A DNA stretch of 6,644 nt from Octopus sinensis (lineage: Eukaryota): assembly GCF_006345805.1 (NCBI RefSeq), contig NW_021829283.1:1-6644 (forward strand), written 5' to 3'. The position numbers and the translations under genes are program-made. This document shows, piece by piece, positions 1 through 6,194 of the stretch; positions within the stretch are counted from its first letter, which is position 1, and every line of letters starts with the position of its first letter. The notes under the pieces were generated by a model. That model did not search any database, was not told the DNA's origin, and saw nothing but the letters and a program-made list of their open reading frames with translations.

Positions 1-1
1 T

Positions 2-19
2 TAGATAGATAGATAGATT

Positions 20-62
<43 letters not shown>

Positions 63-93
63 TGATAGATAGATAGATAGATAGATAGATAAG

Positions 94-130
<37 letters not shown>
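2..130. repeat. (GATA)n tetranucleotide microsatellite, running off the left edge
   Basis: Direct reading: AGAT units with a few interruptions (ATTG twice, AAGA once). Confidence 0.98.
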
Positions 131-132
<2 letters not shown>

Positions 133-374
133 CTTTCTTTATTGGCCACACAGGGCACAATTACAAATATAGAGCTTTTCTTTTCGGAGATGGAAAAAGA
201 AAAAGTAGAAAAAAAAGGAAACAAATGTAAAATTTCGATCAAAAGGGATCGGAAGAGATAAAAAAAAATGACGATCGAAAGGGATCGTGTATCACAGATA
301 GAAAAAATTTTTTTTTTTTTTCAAAGTAACAAGATTAGGTTCATCCGTGGAAAGAAAAGCCGACAGAAAAGACC
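131..374 (-). mobile_element. Probable 5'-truncated non-LTR retrotransposon (LINE) 3' UTR remnant
   Basis: The minus strand is T-rich and ends ...GCCCTGTGTGGCCAATAAAGAAAGTT, with AATAAA at 143-138, followed directly by (ATCT)n. It has two short stem-loops (236-251, 271-288) and GATA repeats on both sides. No ORF remains, so the clade cannot be assigned from this sequence. Confidence 0.5.
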
Positions 375-404
375 AGATAGATAGATACATACATGCATAC
401 ATAC
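375..404. repeat. Short (GATA)/(CATA) microsatellite
   Basis: AGATAGATAGATACATACATGCATACATAC read directly. Confidence 0.85.
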
Positions 405-772
405 TAGTTTCAGTTACTGAACTTTATTTGAGTGGGAAAAAATCGATTGCTGCACTTGTTATTAATGGTTTTGTGCTTATTCTACGGGTCTACCTTGCCG
501 AATTGTCATTTTACAGAGACTGCAGGGAACTACTTCTGGTTATCAAGAAGTCAAGCGGGGATAAATACAAGCACAAAGTCACATGCACGCACACAAACAC
601 ATACATACACACACATAAACATATACATATACGACAGGCGTCCAGACGTGATTCCGTCTACCAAATTCACTCACGGGACTTCAGTAGAAGTCACTTGCCC
701 TAAGTGCAACGGAATGTGACTGAAGCCGGAACCCCGAGGCTGGAAGGCGAGCTGGCCCTTTGCAGACAGCGT
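405..772 (-). mobile_element. Old, heavily diverged, near full-length copy of the tRNA-derived SINE family (copy A)
   Basis: Colinear matches to the 3853-4284 copy: GTTTCAGT, TTATTCTACGGGTCTACCTTGCCGAA (vs TTATTCTATCGGTCTCTTTTGCCGAA), GTCAAGC, an internal CA/TA tract, CGACAGGC, TTCCGTCTACCAAATTCACTCAC, CACTTGCCC and GACTGAAGCCGGAACC. Boundaries are approximate. Confidence 0.75.
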
Positions 773-1249
773 CGGAACCCACCCGACAGCACATTCGTTG
801 AAAGACCTTATGTTTTGATTGCTACTGTGGACGTTATAAAATAGAATTCTTCTAACGGAACTGAATTTTATATTCAAATTTAAGCGAAAATTAGGTAAGC
901 GGGGAATATAATTAGATAATATACTTTAAATTGGTTTTAAAGGTCATTCATTCCAAATCAGGAACTAACCAATCAGATGCCAGAAGAATTAATGAATTTA
1001 TGGCATGTTCTTTTATTAATTACAAATTTACTATCTATGCCAAGATTTATTTGCTATAACCAAACACATTATCTACACAGCACAAGATCGTACATAATTA
1101 TAATTATATTAATATAAATGTGTAGGTTGTTGTACGTATGCAGTTTTCAGTTTTATATTCATACGTTCATTATACAACATACAACAATTATATATATTTA
1201 CAGTGTACAATGAAGAACTCTGCTGTGTGTAAAGTTTCTATAAATTAGT

Positions 1250-1415
1250 TATATATATACACTTATATACTAATGTAATCTATATATACCTATAGGCATA
1301 TAATAAAAACATATACATATGTATATACATATTTACTTATATTATGCAAAAATGTATATATACACATATATCCTTATATATATATATAGTTGTAAAATCT
1401 CAAGAAGAATTGTTG

Positions 1416-1462
<47 letters not shown>

Positions 1463-1555
1463 GCAAAGACATATATGTATACATAGATGCATATATATAA
1501 ACAGATGCATATGTATACATAGATGTATACATATAAGCACGTATAAATATATATG
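1250..1555. repeat. Degenerate (TA)n/(TACA)n low-complexity tract, purest at 1416-1459
   Basis: Direct reading; edges are fuzzy. Confidence 0.85.
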
Positions 1556-1557
1556 GA

Positions 1558-1581
1558 TCTCTCCCTCTCTCTCTCTCTCTA

Positions 1582-1613
<32 letters not shown>

Positions 1614-1645
1614 GAAGAGAGAGAGAGGAGAGAGAGAGAGAGAGA
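1558..1645. repeat. Compound microsatellite (TC)n-(TA)n-(ATGT)n-(GA)n
   Basis: TC 1558-1580, AT 1581-1590, GTAT 1591-1612, GA about 1616-1645. Confidence 0.95.
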
Positions 1646-1652
1646 TAGGTAA

Positions 1653-1674
1653 ATAGATAGATAGATAGATAGAC

Positions 1675-1729
<55 letters not shown>

Positions 1730-1750
1730 CAGATAGACAGATAGACAGAC

Positions 1751-1821
<71 letters not shown>

Positions 1822-1842
1822 CAGATAGACAGATAGACAGAC

Positions 1843-1900
<58 letters not shown>
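1653..1900. repeat. (GATA)n microsatellite with GACA variants (Bkm-type)
   Basis: About 62 tetranucleotide units, with GACA clusters starting at 1728 and 1820. Confidence 0.98.
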
Positions 1901-1901
<1 letters not shown>

Positions 1902-2460
1902 CACACACAACACGTAATTCCAATTATACGCTGTGTACACAAATAGAACCTGCTGCACAATAGCGCGTTCACTCGGCGCAATCATTCGTGCATCACAATG
2001 CACCAGCTTCTATATACACCCTGTATGCAAAATTCTTGATGCGAACACTAAACAAATATACATACACCGAGTGAACATCTATATATTCACAAAAGCTAAA
2101 ACTAAATAAAAGCATTATGGCGGCCAAAATAATTCTCTATAATCTCCTGGATAACGCACGTAGCTTTGAAAGTAAACCACATGGATACCTCTATATGGTT
2201 GCTCGACATGCTAGAAATAGCAACTAGATATTTTAGAAATTGTAAACGTTAGTTTACAATTGAAAAACAAGGCAATTTCGAGAAGTGTTGTCTGGGGTTA
2301 ATCTATGGTTAAAATTGGAACGGAATGGTCACGGATGGAATGATCTTGATCACAGGTTTGCTTATCATTGCCTACTTAGGGATAGATAGCAATAACTGTA
2401 ATAACAGCACAACAACGGTACCAGCAAAAAAAATAAAATAAATAAACAACAAAATGCAAT

Positions 2461-2771
2461 AGGTGTAGGAGGGGCTGTGTGGTAAGAAGCTTGCTTGCTA
2501 ACCACATGGTTCTGGGTTCAGTCCCACAGCGTGGCACCTTGGGCAAGTGTCTTCTGCTATAGCCTTGGGCCGACCAATGCCTTGTGAGTGGATTTGGTAC
2601 ACGGAATGTGCGTGATTGTGTGTCAGTGTTTGCCCCTCATCGTCGCTTCACAACCGATGTTGGTGTGTGTTGCGTCGCCATAACCTAGCAGTTCGGCAAA
2701 AAGAGCTCGGCAGAATAAGTACTAGGCTTACAAAGAATAAGGCCTTGGGTTGATTTGCTCGACTAAAGACG
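2461..2771 (+). mobile_element. tRNA-derived SINE, copy B (internal deletion, 3' end missing)
   Basis: A-box-like GGGCTGTGTGG at 2472-2482, B-box-like GGTTCAGTCCC at 2515-2525, then CACCTTGGGCAAGT. About 91% identical to the reverse complement of copy C over the first ~135 bp by hand count. It lacks the ACTGAAAGAAGCC..CGTATA segment and stops at GACTAAAGACG. Probably one of the described octopus tRNA-SINE families (OK/OR1/OR2); I did not assign which. Confidence 0.92.
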
Positions 2772-2922
2772 CCACCACTACCACTGCCACAACCACTACT
2801 GATACCACTGATACTACTGGTACTACGATTGTCCCTACTACTACTACTACTACTACAATCACCACCACCACTACACCTCCTCCGACTACCACTATTACAA
2901 TCGCTTTTGCAACTACACTACC

Positions 2923-2968
<46 letters not shown>

Positions 2969-3419
2969 TTACTACTTCTACTACTACCATCACCACCACC
3001 ACTACAACTCCGACTACCACTATTACAATCGCTTCTGCAACTACCCCACCACCACTACTACTACTACTACTAATACTACTACTACTACTACCATCACCAC
3101 CACCACTACACCTCCTCTGACTACCACTATTACAATCGCTTCTGCAACTACACTATCACCATCACCACCACCACAACTACTACTACTACTACTACTACAC
3201 CTACTACTACTTCTACTCCTACTATTCCTACTCCTACTACTCCTCCTCCTCCTCCTCCTACTACTACTACTATTCTACCACTACTACTACTACTGCTACT
3301 ACTACTTGTGCTGCTACTACCGCCACCGTGACTACTACCCTGACAGCCATCATCCCAACCGAACCAACCACCCCCACCAACATCACCACTACTACTACTA
3401 CCACTACTACCTTCAACAA
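2772..3419. repeat. Degenerate (ACT/ACC/CCT)n trinucleotide tract containing three copies of a ~45 bp non-microsatellite core
   Basis: Direct reading; the core anchor TTACAATCGCT lies at 2895, 3023 and 3130. Confidence 0.95.
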
Positions 3420-3852
3420 CAGGTCCATTGTTTCACTCTACCTCTGCTGGCAGCACCAGTAATTCTTCGACTTCAAGGAACTCGTATTATCTTCGTTTCG
3501 ATACGAATATAATTTCCTCGCTTAGCGAAACCCTCGCAGCCAATATTTCGGTAAAGATAACTCGAAAATATTCCTTGTTCTCTCTTGGAAAAACCATGGC
3601 AAATTTCCATTTTTATTCGGGGATTGGGGGATCGATAGGAATGGAACGAGTGATTAGTATCATATCTGCCTTGATTGAAATGGCCTCTATTCTGGCACCG
3701 TTCCAAATAATCTTGATGTCTGACAGTTTAGAAATAATTACATTTCTTCACTCTGGACAACGCCATTATTTTTCATACTGAAATAACTTTTAAATCTCAA
3801 GAGGAACGTTATTTTGGTTTTTGGGGTTTGCGTGTGTGTTGTGCATTTCGGA

Positions 3853-4284
3853 TACTCTTTACTCTTTTTACTCTTTTACTTGTTTCAGTCATTTGACTGC
3901 GGCCAGGCTGGAGCACCGCCTTTAGTCGAGCAAATCGACCCCGGGACTTATTCTTTGTAAGCCCAGTACTTATTCTATCGGTCTCTTTTGCCGAACCGCT
4001 AATTGACGGGGACGTAAACACACCAGCATCGGTTGTCAAGCAAAGCTAGAGGGACAAACACAGACACACAAACACACACACACATACATTTATATATATA
4101 TATGTATATATACATATATACGACAGGCTTCTTTCAGTTTCCGTCTACCAAATCAACTCACAAGGCATTGGTCGGCCCGGGGCTATAGCAAAAGACACTT
4201 GCCCAAGATGCCACGCAGTGGGACTGAACCCGGAACCATGTGGTTGGTTAGCAAGCTACTTACCACACAGCCACTCCTGCGCCT
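3853..4284 (-). mobile_element. Full-length tRNA-derived SINE, copy C (~430 bp)
   Basis: On the minus strand: 5' GGCGCAGGAG, A and B boxes, body, internal (TA)/(TG) microsatellite (~4060-4120), 3' hairpins, and a tail of imperfect AAGAGTAA repeats. No target-site duplication was found. Confidence 0.95.
4220..4273 (-). promoter_or_regulatory. Internal RNA polymerase III type-2 promoter (A and B boxes) of SINE copy C
   Basis: Minus-strand TGGCTGTGTGG (4273-4263) approximates the A box TRGCNNARYGG, and GGTTCAGTCCC (4230-4220) approximates the B box GTTCRANNC, with tRNA-like spacing. Activity is unknown. Confidence 0.65.
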
Positions 4285-4345
4285 TATTTTATCTTGTTTT
4301 TGCTCGCTGCATTTATTGCACTGCGGCCATGCTGGAGTACCGCCT
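4285..4345 (-). mobile_element. Short 3'-terminal fragment of the same or a related SINE
   Basis: 4320-4345 ACTGCGGCCATGCTGGAGTACCGCCT matches ACTGCGGCCAGGCTGGAGCACCGCCT of copy C with 2 mismatches in 26 bp. 4285-4319 looks like a decayed tail (TATTTTATCTTGTTT). Confidence 0.65.
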
Positions 4346-4387
4346 CGAGTAGCTTTTGTTGTTATGTTCGAAAATGTAGTACCTATA

Positions 4388-4655
4388 TTTCTTTTTTTTT
4401 CTTTTCTTTTACTTGTTTCAGTCATTTGACTGAGGCCATGTTGGAGCACCGCCTTTAGTCGAACAAATCGGCCCCGGGACTTATTCTTTGTAAGCCCAGT
4501 ACTTATTCTATCGGACTCTTTTGCCGAACCGCTAAATGACGGGGACGTAAACACACCAGCATCGGTTGTCAAGCAATGCTAGGGGGACAAACACAGACAC
4601 ACAAACACGCACACATACAGACATACAAACACACGCATATTCATACAGACATAAT

Positions 4656-4691
<36 letters not shown>

Positions 4692-4695
4692 TATA
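4388..4695 (-). mobile_element. 3' half of the SINE (copy D), ending in its internal (CA)/(TA) microsatellite
   Basis: Nine differences from copy C over ~200 bp (~95%) by hand count. T-rich tail at 4388-4410. No 5' half follows the microsatellite on this strand. Confidence 0.93.
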
Positions 4696-4760
4696 GATAG
4701 ATATATATATACATTCTTACATATGTGTAAGTATATGTGTGTGTGTATTTATATGTATGT
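4696..4760. repeat. Degenerate (TA)/(TG) tract continuing from copy D
   Basis: Direct reading. Confidence 0.8.
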
Positions 4761-5049
4761 GTTATTTATATTGATATGTAAGTCAATATTGTCGACGAAA
4801 CAGTATTTACTATTGATCTGTAAACAACAAAATGCATTTGCAAGAAAAAAGAATAAAGAAGGCAAGTCTCCCAAACTGTACGCCATTATTTTCCTGCATA
4901 TCATAAAAACTGTTGGCGCGTATAATTGCAGTCGCTAAGTGTCTCCAACGTTATTAGTGTATTAATGTTGCCTTTCGTTTCTTGCGGTCTTTCCTTTCCT
5001 TATTTTTGCATATTTATGTTTGTTTGTTATTTTATTCAGTTTAGAGTAC

Positions 5050-5092
5050 AATAAATAAATATATAAATAAATAAATAAATAAGTGAATAAAT
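5050..5092. repeat. (AAAT)n microsatellite
   Basis: AATAAATAAATATATAAATAAATAAATAAATAAGTGAATAAAT read directly. Confidence 0.85.
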
Positions 5093-5359
5093 GAATACAT
5101 ATGGGGTTTGTTCCTGATAATAAATGTACTTTTTGTTGACCTTATAAAAGTCGAGTAATTTGCATTTACTTAACAGAAATTGTAAAGCGAAATGTGTTTG
5201 TATTGGAATGTATGTAGTATTTCGGAGAAGCTAGAAATACGGAAATATTAGCCTGTTGTTCCTCGAATGATACACTAGCATGCGGGTGCTGGTGTTCGGC
5301 TGTTGCTGGGTGAAGATAGCGTGGTTGGGGGTTCGATCTTACAGCGCAGTAGAAAGTAG

Positions 5360-5448
5360 TCTCTCTCTCTCTCACTATATATATATATATAAATATGTAT
5401 ATATATATGTGTGTGTGGTGTGTGTAATATATATGTAAATATATATAT

Positions 5449-5531
<83 letters not shown>

Positions 5532-5541
5532 CTATATATAT
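5360..5541. repeat. Compound (CT)n-(TA)n-(TG)n-(TA)n microsatellite
   Basis: Direct reading. Confidence 0.95.
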
Positions 5542-5694
5542 GAGTGGATGGTGGTAAGTAGCTTGTTTACCAACAACATGGTTCCGGGTTCAATCCCACC
5601 TGCATGGCACTTGGGCAGGTGTCTTCTACTATAGTCTCCGGCCAACCAAAGCCTTGTGAGTGGATTTGGTAGACGGAAACTGAAAGACCCGTCG
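5542..5694 (+). mobile_element. 5' half of the SINE (copy E), ending at its internal (TA)n
   Basis: GAGTGGATGGTGGTAAGTAGCTTG..., B box GGTTCAATCCC at 5587-5597, then ...GGTAGACGGAAACTGAAAGACCCGTCG. About 86% identical to copy C by hand count. No 3' half follows. Confidence 0.92.
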
Positions 5695-5695
5695 A

Positions 5696-5746
<51 letters not shown>
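5695..5746. repeat. (TA)n microsatellite
   Basis: Near-perfect TA tract with one TG. Confidence 0.97.
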
Positions 5747-5750
<4 letters not shown>

Positions 5751-5868
5751 TTTATCTGTAGTTATTCAATAGAGATTAGAGTCAGCACTGATTTCTTACA
5801 ATATTTTATATACGAATACGTCTATGTAAACAATGCGATACAAGACAGAAAAAATCGGTAATGGGGGC

Positions 5869-6194
5869 TATATACATATTTCAGGAGTTCTTACCCTTTC
5901 ATCAGTACCACATTCAACTCATTAACCCTCCTGGAATACATTGGTTAAATCTCCAAAGTATTGACTTATAAGCCTTTAAATTACCAGGGAGTATATTACG
6001 GTTGCGCAACGGCATAGTGTCCCTAAGTGGTATATACATATTTCAGGAGTTCTTACCCTTTCATCAGTAGCACATTCAACTCATTAACCCTCCTCGAACA
6101 CATTGGTTAAATATCCAAAGTATTGACTTATAAGCCTTTAAATTACCAGGTAGTATATTATGGTTGCGTAACAGCATACAGTGTCCCTAAGGGG
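5869..6194. repeat. Direct tandem duplication, 162 bp period, two copies (5869-6030 and 6031-6194)
   Basis: Both copies begin TATATACATATTTCAGGAGTTCTTACCC and end GTGTCCCTAAG[T/G]GG. They differ by 9 substitutions and one 2-bp indel (~94%) by hand count. Confidence 0.97.

Noticed and set aside
347-877. ORFs 347..703, 432..719 and 671..877
   Set aside because: They mostly overlap decayed SINE copy A and its microsatellite, with no recognisable protein features.
891-900. Strong splice donor AG/GTAAGC
   Set aside because: It is isolated, with no convincing upstream acceptor or open exon.
1344-2003. Four overlapping ORFs (102-209 aa) rich in YI and IYLS repeats
   Set aside because: They are translations of (TA)n and (TATC)n microsatellites, which lack stop codons in these frames.
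2870-3170. CRISPR-like repeat-spacer pattern
   Set aside because: The spacers are microsatellite and similar to one another, the context is eukaryotic, and there are no cas genes.
2750-3512. Mucin-like poly-Thr, poly-Leu and poly-Tyr ORFs
   Set aside because: They are trinucleotide-repeat read-throughs, and the repeated core shifts frame between copies, which argues against coding constraint.
4205-4284. tRNA gene at the SINE heads (also 2461-2540 and 5542-5610)
   Set aside because: A and B boxes are present but no full cloverleaf forms, and each head continues into a shared SINE body.
3809-4572. Two paralogous-looking ORFs starting MTTDAGVFTSPS, plus the antisense ORF 4199..4429
   Set aside because: They lie inside SINE copies C and D; the similarity reflects the repeat family, not gene duplication.
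3760-4892. 13 bp direct repeat ACGCCATTATTTT at 3760 and 4880 as a possible target-site duplication
   Set aside because: By rough estimate about one 13-mer match is expected by chance in 6.6 kb of this composition, and it does not sit at an element boundary.
4576-5375. ORFs 4576..4938 and 5166..5375
   Set aside because: The first is largely SINE and microsatellite; the second is short, with no recognisable motif or supporting signals.
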